Assembly (NCBI RefSeq): GCF_052425735.1
Contig: NC_135769.1
Coordinates: forward strand, 1,302,001 to 1,366,000
Source: Oculina patagonica
Lineage: Eukaryota
Direction of reading: 5' to 3'
Length of the DNA: 64,000 nucleotides
Shown: positions 37,725-51,720 of the stretch, piece after piece
Layout of the letters: each line of letters opens with the position of its first letter
Numbering within the stretch: the first letter of the stretch is position 1
The notes under the pieces: generated by a model
What the model was told of the DNA's origin: nothing
What the model saw: only the letters and a program-made list of their open reading frames with translations
Databases searched by the model: none
Program-made: the position numbers and the translations under genes

Positions 37725-40310
37725 GTCACTAGAATCGTATCATAGAGTACCACTAATACAGTAGTGGATGCCGAGAATGTTTATTGCGATTCCTACTTAA
37801 CAATTATTGGACGAGGTTAAGCAAACTATCGTGATTTGTCAGTGGTGAGCAGTTCAATTTGGAATCTCGGTCAGTGAAGAGAAAGAAAAATGCGTCGAAT
37901 GCCAATATCAATTTATAAACAGTAGGTTTTCTTGTATTCCGATTGTTTTACTGCTTACTTCGAGTAACCGATGCCAAAAGGAATTATATTTATATTGTTG
38001 AGGCAGCTAATAGGCAAGTTTACTTTTAGGGTTTTTCTGTAAAACATTTGTAAAAGTAAATAAAAGAATCATTTGGTAGTGCAAGCAGGGCTCGATCTTA
38101 ATCTGTGTGCTTATTATTCTAGAGACCCTGCATGCGTTGCGTGCCTAGCTACATTTTTTAATGTACCCTTGACACTGGCTTGAAGATTGGAGTTATTCCA
38201 GCTGTTTTATTTAATCATTTTATCTTGAGTGCACGAGGTTAGGAAAAGATTGTTGGACCAATCAGAGCAAAAGAGACTTTTTTAAAACAGGAAGCAAAGG
38301 GCCGGAAAGGATTCAGGAAGAAAGTGGGCCCTGACTTTCAGATACTATCCCTTCCCATGTCTATATAAACCCAAATTTCTTTGAACAAAACGTTAAATGT
38401 TTTAGTTACTTAGGGAGTATCCTTTCTAAAATACTTTTCCCTCTTTCTTTAACACTTTTGACTGTAGCCTATAGTTGATTAATTATTATAATGATGTTCC
38501 CCTATGACGTCACAGCTCCTTGTGGGGTCCTCTGTTAATAAAAAAAGTACTTGAAAGAAACTGCTCTTTTAAAATATAGTTATTGTCGCATTACAAATGC
38601 CACAGGAGAAAATAAAAAGAAGGAAATGGCAAGAGGTTAAAGTTTTCCTCCTGTTGGTCACGAAATGTCTACAAGCGCCACTTTATAAGACCATCAAATG
38701 TTGGCTGGAGAAGGGACATTCGAAGAGCATGAAATTAGGGCAACTAGAAATATCTGAAACTCTAGTTTTTTTTCTTTGTACATGACAAAAGAAGGTGAAA
38801 TCGTGATTGTAAGCTGTTAGTCCTGTCTTGTTCGGCTTTGTTTTGGTATCAGTAACAGAGAAACGTGGGTTGCGTGTTATGTTCCTAGCCTAGTAAAATA
38901 TCTGCGAGAGTTTCATTAGAAGTAGTTGTCCTCTTAAGGTTGGCTTGTCCTTGAAAAATACTATTTTGGTTCAGCTATTAGTCATTAGAATTTATAGTCA
39001 ATAACGGAGAAGTGAGAGCATAATCAAGGGCGAGAAGGTTTATAACAAATATCAAACGGTTAATAACATTGCATATAAGGACTTCACAACAGCATGTGCG
39101 TGTTTTGTTGTAAATGGTTCCTTAATTATAAATATCAGAGAGTTTTTGCTGTGTTACGATTATTATAGAATCAAAGCACGATATTTTCTTTCAGTTGGCT
39201 CGGATTTCCTACGGTCATTCAATCGAAACACATTTTGAAAAGAAGTTTCACCTTTGAAAATTTCTTGGCCAAACAACGATCAAAAACAAAACCAGTTCCT
39301 TCCTCGATATTTGAGTCACGCCTTTTATTAAACACTCTTCCATGTAAACAAACTGGAACGTGCTTCTAACATGTCTAATACGCGTAGAATAACAACTTTT
39401 TTGCGGAGTGCCGCATTCCAGAATTTGCCTTAAAAACACGCGTTCAATATAACTAGCAGATGGTCAGGCGGTCTGCGTTTATTCAGGCTCGGTCGCAATA
39501 ACCAAACATTGCGACCCGGGGCTAGAACTTTCATTGTAATAACATGAAGGTTCCGGGCTCTGCATCGAAAATGAATTTTTCTCTCGTTTTGTAATCTCGC
39601 TTGTTGTAAACAAAGGAAGGGCGGAAAAAAGAGGTGGGTTCTAAAATAGCTTCCCGGGACTAGAGACCTATCTGTCATGACGGCAGTTAGGGAAATGGAT
39701 CCTGTCGATTTTATTTTTAATTTTTCTCCTTGGGTCTCTATTCATAACATTCCAACCCGTATACCTGAGTCCAATATCTCACCATGCGAAAAACAGAATT
39801 CTTTTTAATCTCCTGCTGAAAGAATTGAACAGGGCAGCATTCAAATATATCTAATTCTTACCTAAAAATATATCAACGCGCACTTAGCAATAGTACTTGG
39901 GCAACAAGTTCCCTTTTTCAACCTTGTCAACTTTGTTATTAAACTTAAATTCAAGTGTTTTTGACATTGATTAGTATTGATACAACTTTAGAACCACAGC
40001 ATTTTAGAGACGGTTTTGTGGGCGCCTTGAAGACGGGTTAAGCGAGAAGTGAAATTGAGTGGGATTAGGAACGTGTTGTGTTCTTTGTTGGGGTCAAGGG
40101 CCAACTTCTGAATCCTTTCTTAATTTATTTCGCATCCTTTAAAAAGCATTTGTTTCGCAAATAGAAAGCCGCGGAATATGGCCTTAAGTAGATCCGGGAG
40201 TAGATTCACCCTTAAAAGAACAATAAGATTAACGATAAACAAAATTCCATCCTCTTTAATTCAAGAGATTTTCCGGCCGTCGAAAAGAAAGGAAGAGTGA
40301 CTTACGCTTG

Positions 40311-40332
40311 TGACGTCACATCAACCGGAAGT
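40311..40332 (+). promoter_or_regulatory. Adjacent CRE (TGACGTCA) and ETS (CCGGAAGT) consensus sites ~150 bp upstream of the 40478 ORF
   Basis: Exact consensus matches at 40311-40318 and 40325-40332; function is inferred only. Confidence 0.35.
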
Positions 40333-40477
40333 AATCAATCCGCTGGCTGATTTAAAGCGGGGTAAGGTATGTTTTGAAGTCATTACAAATAAACAAGAGA
40401 TACAGAAAGGTCCTTCATTCCTTCAGATAACGAAATCACCACACCGGAGTTAGTGATTTTATTACCCGGCGAACGAT

Positions 40478-41083
40478 ATGGGGCTCAGCCGAAAACTCAC
40501 GGATTTTACGCTAAGTTTGGCGATAGTTTTTGTTTCGTTGGCGAATGTTTCATCACAATGCGGTACTGACCAAATGAAAACCTGCCCTGACGGACTTTGC
40601 GATGATGAATGTGAAACTTCCAGTGCTTCAGCTAGCGGTGTGGAAGCGATAGTGGCTATCATGAGTGTCTCCGTGGTGTTAATTCTTGGTTTAGTTATAC
40701 TTTTGGTTTATATTTGCCTTAAACAAGGACCGTGGTCGCAAAGCGGCGACGCAAATGACTCCTGTGAAAACACATGTGAAAGCACAACTGTGGAAATTCC
40801 AGAATACCTGATGCGGCGACGCTTTTCATCACTGAGTATGATGTCGGGTCCTCCGCCATATTTCAGCCTTTTCAGATTCTTTTTGAACGAGAATGGTGAA
40901 CTAACAAGTACAGCGGTGATCGGAGAGAACATGAGAACTGGAAATGCGCGCCTTCCTAGCATCGATCTACCGCCTGACTATGGCGTGCTGTTCGCACAGT
41001 CTCCACCACCGTACGATCACGTTATACAGAGGGAAGAGCCAAGAGTTGTAGGAACAAGTGTCAGCAACATCTCTGAATGTTAA
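40478..41083 (+). CDS. Type I single-pass protein with 4-Cys mini ectodomain and three PY motifs
   Basis: Signal peptide; CGTDQMKTCPDGLCDDEC; TM ending YICLK; tail GPPPYFSL and LPPDYGVLFAQSPPPYDHV. Confidence 0.85.
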   Translation: MGLSRKLTDFTLSLAIVFVSLANVSSQCGTDQMKTCPDGLCDDECETSSASASGVEAIVAIMSVSVVLILGLVILLVYICLKQGPWSQSGDANDSCENTCESTTVEIPEYLMRRRFSSLSMMSGPPPYFSLFRFFLNENGELTSTAVIGENMRTGNARLPSIDLPPDYGVLFAQSPPPYDHVIQREEPRVVGTSVSNISEC

Positions 41084-44000
41084 AGTCGAAACTTTGGTGG
41101 ATTCAAGACATTCAATAATCTTGTGGTCAAGTGCTTTGAGAACAAAGTTAAACACCAGAACCATCGCCGAATTCATGAGACCATTTGTCGGCCTACATGT
41201 GGGTGTTACTAGCTTGAAAACACCGACGTTTATTTGAAATCACGGAGAGACCATAAACAATGAAATGGTTTCAAGGCGAACATGTTTCCACTTACAAGGT
41301 CAGGGCCAGACTAATTCCTCGCCATAACCCGCAGCTAAAAATTAGAACACTTCAAACAACCGTGCGATTTTCTGTAAGAAGAGTGGTCAGTAATGCCATA
41401 TGTGACTAATATTGTACTAAACTTTTACCTTTAACTACTTTTAGTGATTTTAGTTTTTAAAAATATGCTACTGTAGTATAGAAAACGGCGTCGAATTACT
41501 CTCAGTTTCGTTTTCAAGGGTGAGAATGATATCATGTGAATGCCGACTTGAAAGATATGTTGCGTCACAGAATCTTCGAGAGACGATTCCCGCAGTATGA
41601 AGTCGGCGAATGAGTACAATACAACTAAAATGTGATGAAAATATGCTGTGTGCCATTTCTGTTGTATTTATGAGAACTATCTAAGAGCTGTAAAAAGCTG
41701 AATAATAATCTAGCTAGATGAGAATTTGCAAATTAAGCATTTGTATATCACGCGTCACTTTGGAGGGTCCGGAAAAGGCGAGTCCGGAAAAATCGTCCCA
41801 CAAAGTCGGAAGACGATCGCGAAAACCACGAATTTCACAGCTGTTTAGTATATACCGGGATAAAATCAAAAGTTATCAAAAGTTATTACTATTTTTAGGA
41901 AAACAGAGGGATTTGACTTAACCCTTGAAATAGATCCTGGAGTAATATTTTCTAATTAGCCTTTTGACGAAATCTTTTGTTCTTATTGCCTTTGATTTCG
42001 CCACTAATAGACACTAATTGTTTTATACAATAGATTTGATTTCACAGATTACGTAAAATGACTTCTTTTCTCTATTATTTATTACTTTTAATTTGTGTAA
42101 ATAGCCGAGCTTGTGCTCTTTGTTCATACCTAAGGATATGATGATGATATTTAAATCTTTATTTATTGTGCTCAAATAAAACAATATGTGATATTGTGTT
42201 CATACGAAAGGAATGGTAATTTGTAGAAATGTCCTCGATACTAAACAATGCAAACTTTCGCAACAACAACAAAAACTTTACACACGTCTAAAGGAATTTA
42301 CGTCTTGAATGGCGAATCGAGCCGGAAAAAAATTCGCCCACAGTTTTCGAATTCGCCATTTCTAACTATATATATACGTCCTAATCTTCCAAGCCTTAAC
42401 AAAGGCTGTTCCCTTTTGGTTCAATATAACGTCTTTGGCGGCTTTCTTCCTTTGTTTTAAAACCTGTATTTCAATAAAGGTTGCCCTCGAATTGAATTTA
42501 ATTTGGTAACACGCAAAATGCCACACGCGATGCCACACGCGGCAAGCTGTCAGTGGAAGTTTGTTTGTTTCAACATTACGCAAACTGTCCTATAATTTCC
42601 TGTTTCAGATACGTTTTTTTAAAAAAACTTCTGGTTAAAAAGACTATTTATGTCTAGGTTGTGGTAACAGACATTTAAAAAATGAGATTCTTTAAATTTT
42701 GGTGGAAAAAAGGATTTATTACATTTTGCCGAGTGTGACTGTACGTAATGAAGAAAATATTTCAAAGACAGCCTTATATATATATATATATATCTTTTAT
42801 TGTGTCCGAACTGTAAAGGAGGGACCTATTTTTTTCTTGTCGATTTAAGTTTTAAACGAGAAGCCACGAGAATCCATTGGCCATAAATCGGTGAGAGGAC
42901 TTAAGAATGGAGCGAAAAGAGATATTTGTTATATCTTCTTTCTGCAAAGAGGATCCATTACGCGAAGGGGGTCCCATAAAGTATTTCCAATCACATTGCG
43001 CACAAGATGACTGGATAGTTTTGTAACAATGTTGCACTTCGTACCTTTTCGTCAATGTATAAGTTTTTAAATGACGAACTGCATTATTTTTTATTTTTAG
43101 AGCTGTCAATTAACTATTCTGACGTCGATCACGTAATCCACTTAATCCTGAACTCAGACAAAAATAATCTTTGCACGTAGTAAAGGGGGCGGGACGGGTT
43201 CGGGAAACGAGAGAGAAAAGGGTGGGAGGCGGGACAACGTTACGTCGGTCTCAGAGGAGGCGGAAGAGGAGGGAACCCTGGAAACGAGGTTTGACAGTTG
43301 GACAGGTAGCTTGAGAAAGAGGTAAATTTTTCTTTAATTAAATTGGTTATATTAAATAATCACAAATTGGAGAGATTCTCGTCATTCAAAGCCAACTTCG
43401 ATCCCAGGCTCTCTCTTCTTTTCCTCTCTGTTTCCTTTCGTTGTCAAAAGAGTTAAAAACTTCACGATTTGTTCAAGTGCATTGGTGTTTTATTTTTTCT
43501 GAAGCTAAAGCCGAAAAAGCCTTCTTATAAGCCCTATAAGACTGGGCAACCAAAACCAATGGTTTTCGCCGAAAATAAATAAAAAACTTATCATTTATTA
43601 TCAATTTTATAATTCAAGCTAAGCCTTGAATGGGGGCCCTCCAATACTGTTCCTCTGATTTCGATTACAAAAAATGCAAAAGAAAAAATGGCCCATGTTT
43701 CAGACAATTGAGAAAGATCTTAATCAGTAAGTGATGCAAGCTAATTAAAAGAAAATTGCGCTATTTGAAAAAATAAACGTCATTTTGTTTATTTACATCA
43801 TTGCACAGTTACTTTGGTAACTTGTTGACACGCGAACACTTTTGAATGCTAACGTTAATCATTTGCATATTCATTTCATCAATAACCATCTCACTGGCTG
43901 TCTCTTTTGTTGTTTATATTATTTTTCAATGAAATTTTTCAGTCAAGAATCAATATAACCTATAATTGAGTTAGTTTGAGGTTCAATTCTAGGCCTGCTT

Positions 44001-44369
44001 CTGTGGATGGTCATGTTTTTCCTGCCAGATATCATGTATGTTAGCGCTCTACGTAATAAACACTGAGAAACAGAATTCAAAGTGTTCTCGTAAATGGCGA
44101 AGACGTACTTGTTATTGTTTTGATACGTGCTTTAGCGGAGCTTGTTATTCACATGCAAATGAGGAATTATTTTAAGCACAGGTTAAGCCAACGGGAGTTA
44201 AGAGAAATTTATCGCCTGACTTGTCAACAACAAGAGCGTGAACAGTTAAGTAGAACTAATGACGAGGAAATATGTGAAGAGCAGGGTGACTAAGCAGAAA
44301 TGTACAGCGAAGAATTGAACGATAAGCTTCGAAAGTTTCGCGAGAAATGCGAAGAAAGGCTAACAAAGG

Positions 44370-45209
44370 ATGTCGTTGAATTTCGTCTTGTTGTTAGCAA
44401 TTTCGCTCGAAGTCATCGCGATCTCTTTCTCTTGTCAACCACCGCAGAATTGTGAGAATGTTACAAGCAAAAACAACACTCAAGTTATCGAGTCTGTGAA
44501 ATGTGGTCCAAGGAACATTTCTTGTGGTCTTGGAAAGGTTTGTCGAGGTGGCATTTGCATTGATGTCGAATCAAAGACTCCGGACGAAGGCGGGGGCCTG
44601 TTTCCGTCGATGGACTTTCCATACAAAACAGACAGCGAGGTTTCGACAACTTCAAGCCCAACTACATCGCACAAACACGACAAAACCACTGCATCTTCTC
44701 ATGGTTTGATCTCAGGCAATCAGGAATTTGCTCTCGTGCTTGTGGGCTTTTCAATCCTCTTCATTAATTTCTGCCTGGTGTCGTTTTGCTGGGCGCGTAT
44801 GAAACGACGGCGACTTCAACAGCAGCGCTCAGCAGCAACGCAGAGTTCACAAACGGGGGACGATTGGAACGAAAGTCACATAATCAGAAACAGGGGAATT
44901 GAGAACTTTGCGCTGAATGGCGATATGGATGCGTTTGGCAGCGAGTTCATGTTTTCTCCAGTACATCTGCCACCTTATGACTTCTCCTCAGCTTACCACA
45001 AACCCCGGCCTAGGTCGGAAGATTCGGAAGGGGACGGAGGGGAGGGAGAAGACAGTGGCGCTGCTCTCGAAGCTCAGAGTATACCAATAAACGAGGACCC
45101 ACCTCCATATACCGACCAACAGTATGAAGGTTCGTGTAAACCGCCAAGCTATGACGAGGCTTTGATGGTTTTGGCGACGAACGTTGAGGAAAGTACGTCT
45201 GGGTTATGA
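44370..45209 (+). CDS. Type I single-pass protein with 6-Cys ectodomain, S/T stalk and PY motifs
   Basis: Signal peptide; CQPPQNC..CGPRNISCGLGKVCRGGIC; TM with FCLVSFCW then KRRR; tail LPPY, PPPY, PPSYDEAL; C-terminus TSGL. Confidence 0.87.
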   Translation: MSLNFVLLLAISLEVIAISFSCQPPQNCENVTSKNNTQVIESVKCGPRNISCGLGKVCRGGICIDVESKTPDEGGGLFPSMDFPYKTDSEVSTTSSPTTSHKHDKTTASSHGLISGNQEFALVLVGFSILFINFCLVSFCWARMKRRRLQQQRSAATQSSQTGDDWNESHIIRNRGIENFALNGDMDAFGSEFMFSPVHLPPYDFSSAYHKPRPRSEDSEGDGGEGEDSGAALEAQSIPINEDPPPYTDQQYEGSCKPPSYDEALMVLATNVEESTSGL

Positions 45210-45673
45210 TAAACACAAACGTCTGTTACTGGTGTGAGCAGCTAGGAGAATCGACTGAACTAGCCAACTGAAAGGGCTAGTAATGTCGAAGTTCTGAGGC
45301 TCCATATTACAATGAGCGCAAATACAAAAGCGTAGCTATGTACAACCGCCTTTCATCGAGGGCAACGGACGAAATCCATAGTGAATTGTTCCGATAGACA
45401 TCAAGTCGAGTAAAATCGTTCTTCATTTTACCCATCAAGTGTTAAAAAAGATTAATGTTTACAGTAAATATGTTCAAATTAAGGCTCAATCAGTGAACTA
45501 AAACTTCCAAAGTAGATGTGCTTTAGCTTTACCTAATAGATAGCTATGACAAACCATAGTTACTAACTATAGACAAACACCCCCTAAATTATTAATTTTA
45601 TATAGTATTTCTTTGTTGAATGACGGCAATTTAAATTATACAATGAAAGAAAGAAACATTAAGCTGACAGCAC

Positions 45674-45705
<32 letters not shown>
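45674..45705. repeat. (TAAG)n microsatellite
   Basis: Directly visible. Confidence 0.9.
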
Positions 45706-45706
<1 letters not shown>

Positions 45707-46734
45707 TGCCTTTATTTAAAAACACGATTTAGATAAAAGCTGACAGCATTAGTGATTGAGGCCGGAGAATTAATGAATACAGTGATACATGTTTCAATGT
45801 ATCACCTACACGTTTTTGATGGTCCTTAATAGGACAATTTGGTCACGTTATATTTAATATTTACAATTTCTGTTAAGATTGGATCGATATTTATCGGCAG
45901 ACAGTTAACCTGTTTAAAGACTGAAGTGACTTACACAAAGACGGTCGGCAAGGAGCTTATTTTAACCGATTCACTTAATTCACCTTTTGTAGCAAATTCA
46001 AGCTCAAAGCGAGCCGTTGAAAACCTAAATCAGTTCTATCAAAGAGATGAGCTTATTTCTCTCAAAGAGAAATGTACGATTATGAAGAGAATATTGAAAG
46101 CGACCTTGAGACTTAAAGGGTTACTAAACGAAATATCAGTGAGGCTCATTATGTAAATACTTTGATCGTAAGACGATTTTAAGAGCCCCATATATTGAAT
46201 ACGTTTGAACTTTGTATTATTTTTAAGAGAAAATAAATTAATGGTAATGAATGTCAGTTATGGTGACGCGCTTGAACGATTTCCACATATTACGTAATGG
46301 ATTGCCAAGCAAAAAACACGAGAGAAAAAAAGGATCGCGCGTGAAAACTGCAGTTCACGCGCGGTCCTCGCGCGGCCAAATTTCTGAAATGGCCGCACGT
46401 GAGTTGCTGCATTTCCGAGTGTTCACCGTGCAGCGCGAAGCGAATAAACTCGCCCTCAGGAAACAAACTCAAGTTACCTGAAGTGTTTTGACCGCTCAAC
46501 TGAAATGCTTTTCATTTCTACATTAAGTTGTCATTTTGTTTTTGAGAAGGATGAAACGTGCATCTAGGGAGGTTTAATTTGTCCATTTACCGTACCCAAA
46601 TTCGCAAGTAGCCAATCAGAAGCGCGATCTACTGTCCTGATATCCTACGATATCAAGTCACTGACCTATATGCCACCATATCACGGTCATTTAATTAAAT
46701 ATTTTTTACGATGAATTAAAAAGAGGTTTACCAA

Positions 46735-46824
46735 TAAAAAAAAAATTTTTTTTTTTTTTTACCGTCGTAAAATAAAAAATTTCCCCAAAAGCCCCCTATA
46801 TTTTTATTTTTTTTAAAAATATAG

Positions 46825-46894
<70 letters not shown>

Positions 46895-46905
46895 AAAAAA
46901 AAAAT
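46735..46905. repeat. Poly(A)/low-complexity tract
   Basis: ~80-nt A run preceded by A/T homopolymers. Confidence 0.9.
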
Positions 46906-49494
46906 ATTAAGATAAATAGCACAGAAATATCCTCTGATTGATATTTCGTTCTCGAGCAGGCGTACGCGTAGGGGAAGGACTGGAAAAGAGAGAACTTGAA
47001 ACGATGGCCCAGCAGTCCATGCGCCCTCCTCGCACGTGCACGCTCTCAAATTTCAGGCATGCAAAGCTTCAAAGACTCGAGCTTTTGTATACACACACTA
47101 TGTATACATCCGACTTCATGCTGTACGCCTAACTTCTCATGACTGCAAGCTGCAAATTTTAGATAAACTATTAGTCATCAATTCCATAGCAGACTTAAGA
47201 TCTTCATGAGTTCTACGCATTTCTTTTAATTATGTTAGCTTTGATTATCAGGTCGTACGAACACGAATAGACACTGAATAGATGGTTTCTTTTTGTTGAT
47301 GATTTTCCTAATTCTTATCATCTGTTTTCTTGGCAATATACCGATAAGGTGAGGCGAAGTTTCATATTGTTCGTAGCGATCAACACAAAGCTTTTGAAAC
47401 TGTCTTGTTCCCGTGTGATAACTTTTATTGACATCAAGTTCAAGAATAAACATGCCATAGTACATTTAAAATCATGCAAGACAAAAAAGTTACATCCAAA
47501 TATTAAAATTATGTAAACGACGGCGGCACAACAAAGTTAACAAAATTGATAATCATTGCGGGATAAGCGTTACTGATTGGATTATAAGTTTATCTAGCTA
47601 ATCCCAGATTAGATTCATCCACAAAATCGACGGGACTGAGGAAGCGGAAAGCCAAACAAAATCTGGTGAAACAACCAAGCGATACCATATAATATCTGAC
47701 CCTCCTAAAATTCTATTGATCCCTCTGGCGACGATTGCATGCAGCCATGAACCAAAACATCAAAGTGAAAGCAACTGAAATCTTCAATGTAATGCAGAGA
47801 GAGAAAAATAGGGATTAAGGGGGGGGGGGGGGTCAATATTGCGGCCTCAGCTACCTGCAATATACCCAGTAATGCTGTCAGCTTCAGGTATATTCTCCTC
47901 CATTAGAATGAAGTAGCCAACGAACCGCGAATATGACCAGGACCATATTCGTTCGTTATATGGTAATAACGAACAAATATGACCATAAACGCACTTTAAG
48001 CACGGTGCGTAATAGCATTAACAACCAAGCGATATACCGTATTTCACTTCACAACTTGATCAATTCACATTCACTTTTGAACTATAAAAACTAATCACAA
48101 TCTACATTATTCATGACACTGTTTAGGAGTGTTTAGGGTAGCAGTCGGCTTGTTTCCTCTCTTTGACATCCCATGCAGGCCTTGGAATGTACCTGCGATA
48201 TTCTTCAATGGTGTCCCTGCCCTCTTAATTTCCTTTCCGTTACGATTAATTTTTGTTAGGTTGCAGAACTATTGTGATCTTCTTATCAGTAGCATATAGA
48301 TTTCCTGATTTGTCTAATTTTGAAATCCATCACTCCTAACGAAGTCATATCCATTTAATTAAATCACAGATATTCCTGAAACAGTTACCACAAACCAGTC
48401 ATTTCTCAAGTTTTCAGCTTTGACACGCGGGGAAGTGGGACCTTTTTATTCCTCATTATCCCAGTTATTGTTTCTAATTCTTCTTGGGAATGAAAAATTC
48501 GATCGCATGTTAAGAGCAGCGCTAATATATACAGCTGAGGGATAATCTAATCATGTTTTTCAGTTCTAATTTAATTTTGGGAATTAATAGCGCTAATAAT
48601 ATAATAATTAAACGGAAAGCCCTAAGGGCGTAGACAGAACCAGGCGCCAGTAAGGTTCCAATATGCCTATTATAAGGTAAATCTTATCGAACCAATCCTT
48701 TGCTTCAATCTCTAGACGTTGGTGAACACACCAAAGAAAAAATTCAATTATTTTTGTATTAACATTCCAGATTCTTTGCGGTTTCCTCAAAGACGAGCTT
48801 ATGTTTCAGCACTAGAACTGAACCATCTGTAATTTGACATGACTCAAAGATTTGGTCAAATGTTATTCAGACATTTAAAGAAATGATCTGAAAATGATGC
48901 CAAATACCTGAGCTAAATATAAAATTTTTGCCGCAGTTCCTTTAATAAAAACGTATATTTTTGATGTTGACGAGAAGATTCTGTATGTCGTACCTTACTT
49001 AAAAGTTTATCAGAGTGTATGTTTCTAGCATTTGAAGCACTTGACTGCTAGTGCTCCGGGTCCAATATTTCCATCAGGTAAACCAATCAAATGCTTTAGT
49101 TGTTTATATGCAGTTTATATACCAACAAATTAAAGCTCGTATTAAGCCTTTGAAACGCACTCACTCGTTTAATGTCAACAAATTGTCCACACACCGCTTT
49201 AAAAGTTAACCATCTAGCTGACAGCCTTAATCTTATGCGGCGCCAGTATGCGAGATTAGCAGAAAATCTGAAAAAGTCGGCAAAATTGAATGCAATTTTA
49301 ATGTTGTCGAATTGCCAATCATCTGTTCAGCTGTACTGATATACTGACATACAAACCCAAAAGGGACAGCGTATTAAGTTCATTACCGGCGTAATCAAGA
49401 CGACATGTCAAGCAAACAGCGAATCGTCTTCACAAAGAGAGCTTTCAGAGCCTTTATTTCGGTTTAATGATAGTTAAAATTCTTCGGGTGTAAA

Positions 49495-49839
49495 ATGGAT
49501 GCACATGTTATTGAAATGAGATGGAAACGTTTTGTGATATGGGTGTATGTTATGGCGTTAAGTTCATGGACAATACCGAGAGTTTTCTGCGAAAATTCCA
49601 CTACCCCGCAAACAGCCTGTGAATCGTGCGATCTCGCTGAAAAGCACAAGCTCTACAACTGGTTAGTTCTCTGCATCGTATTGCTGTTACTGGTTCTTCT
49701 ACTGGTGTTGGTTGGTTTTCTCTGTCACCGAATGTGGCCAAGAGACCCGTCAGTTCTCGACAGAGCTGTGTGTAGGTACAATGTTGTGCAACAACAAGGA
49801 GTATTATACGACTTCAGCCAAGTTTCTTCAAGCTCGTGA
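49495..49839 (+). CDS. Small type I single-pass protein with short CxxC ectodomain and short tail lacking PY motifs
   Basis: Hydrophobic N-terminus (signal), TACESC, Leu-rich TM WLVLCIVLLLLVLLLVLVGFLC, tail with YNVV. Confidence 0.65.
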   Translation: MDAHVIEMRWKRFVIWVYVMALSSWTIPRVFCENSTTPQTACESCDLAEKHKLYNWLVLCIVLLLLVLLLVLVGFLCHRMWPRDPSVLDRAVCRYNVVQQQGVLYDFSQVSSSS

Positions 49840-50540
49840 GGAACAGGAATCGAAACAGGAACAACGCCACAATGACTGTTGAGTATACTTTTAAGTCGAT
49901 AAACTGTGACCGACCGCAGACAATTCAGCCATGCGCCAGTGTGTACTTTGGACTCAAAACTTGGCGAAGGAAAAAGGACAAATGACGAAGGAAAAATGGT
50001 GTTATATGCATGTCTTTGACTTGCGGTTAAAACTTTATAGAATGGTCGTCATCTTTATTCGATATTCGACCGCCAAAACAGGGGCATTGTGTAAACCGCA
50101 AATATGTTTCAGGTTGAACTTCATGAAATTATGAAATTTAGAATGAATGCGATTATTTTAAACCCAAAAGACGTCATTTACAACCTTTCCATTCGAAATA
50201 AAACGAGGTGAATCTCTTATGGGGCGAAAAAAGTACCTGGAATGTTGAAGAAATTATATCAATTTTCTTCTTCAAATCATAACGTGACGGCAAACATGAG
50301 CAAGGGGGCGTGACTTCAAGCCGAATCATCCTTGGAATAAGTGCTTGGATACAATAAACGACTCTCCCTGCAGAGAAAAGCAGACGCGTGCGTGTCTAGG
50401 TTCAGCTGAAGAATGACAGGCATTTCATGGAGCTATTAATAGAAAAAGAGATGACAACAATCTGGAGTGAACTCCAAAGTGAAAGAACTAGACAGACAGA
50501 AATGAAGAATACTTACGATCGTCATTGAAGAGAGAACTCA

Positions 50541-50754
50541 AGGCGCGTTTACACGGCAGAGAAAATTGGGTACGGACCTCTCAAAAAATTGGTCCGGACC
50601 TTACCACTTTTGTAAAGAAACAGTCAAATCAAAACGGGGTCATAGGCGCCTATGGCCCCGTTTTGATTTGACTGTTTCTCTACAAAAGCGATGAGGTTCG
50701 GACCAATTTTCTGACGGGTCCGTACCCAAATTTTTCTGCCGTGTAAACGCGCCT
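50541..50754. mobile_element. Near-perfect 214-bp hairpin MITE (PIF/Harbinger-like termini)
   Basis: AGGCGCGTTTACACGGCAGA...TCTGCCGTGTAAACGCGCCT, self-complementary almost to the centre (CATAGGCGCCTATG). Confidence 0.85.
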
Positions 50755-51720
50755 CAGTGTCAGTTTTTATGGACAGTGGCACAGTACTGAACACACACGT
50801 GGAACATTGCACGCAATATTTCGTGCACTATATAATACAGCAAGAAAAGTTGTTATAATTATAAAATGCTACGTCTAATTAACCGTTTTTCAATAGACGG
50901 AATTTCCCGCAAGGGGGGAGTGGTAGAGAATTCCATATCACTCAATGACTGGATGGATGGAAGCTTGTCAAAATTCTTAAAGAAAAATGATAAAATTGAA
51001 AGGCAAGATTACTTCCGTGTCTAACCCCTGTCGTAAGAATGAGTTTGCCGTTCAGTTGAACTGGGTCTAAATAGGTATTGCACAATTCACTAGACTTTGT
51101 GCTTTACTTTTTACAGGCGCTAACTTATAATGAAGGCGCGCGTGGGCCGCGCGCGTGTAACCTCCCACGAGGCGCGCGTAACATTCCACGAGGCCCTGGC
51201 ACGAGGCACGAACCATAAGCTTTTTTTCGCCTAAGCTTTTTTGTTTTTCACCTAAGAGGAAGCTAAGTAAAAATTCTAAAATTAAGCGAATAAATTTATT
51301 TGATCACAATTATTAAAGGAACAAAAACCAAGAACGTTACATGGAACAAGTAATACAGATTTCTGAAGGCTATGTCACCAAACTTTGAACAATTTAATGT
51401 ATCGGGCCCCGTTACAAATTAACTTGCAAGGAACCTTACCTGCCTTTGTATTACATTTTACTGTTATTACTTTATATTAAAGGATATCGTTCCTTTAACT
51501 GGGGCTCGTCAAAAAGTCATTCAATCAGTTATGCTGTAAAAAAGAAATAAAATGCTTAACTCACCGTTTGTTTCTTCAGTTTATTCATGACGCTGTTGCA
51601 GAGGATGATTAGAAACAGTCTCTGCGTGGCTGTGGCTCGCCTGGACCTTCCCATCGCTTGTTGATTAATGACGCCGTTTGCTGTTGTTTATTGATTTTAT
51701 TAACATATTTCATGCGCTTA

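Noticed and set aside
46728-47049. Poly-Phe ORFs / possible retrocopy poly(A) tail
   Set aside because: Homopolymer tract of low apparent quality; no TSD or upstream coding body recognised.
47715-47805. Minus-strand TM-like peptide (CITLKISVAFTLMFWFMAACNRRQR) as another array member
   Set aside because: No start codon, immediate stop, opposite strand and no PY tail.
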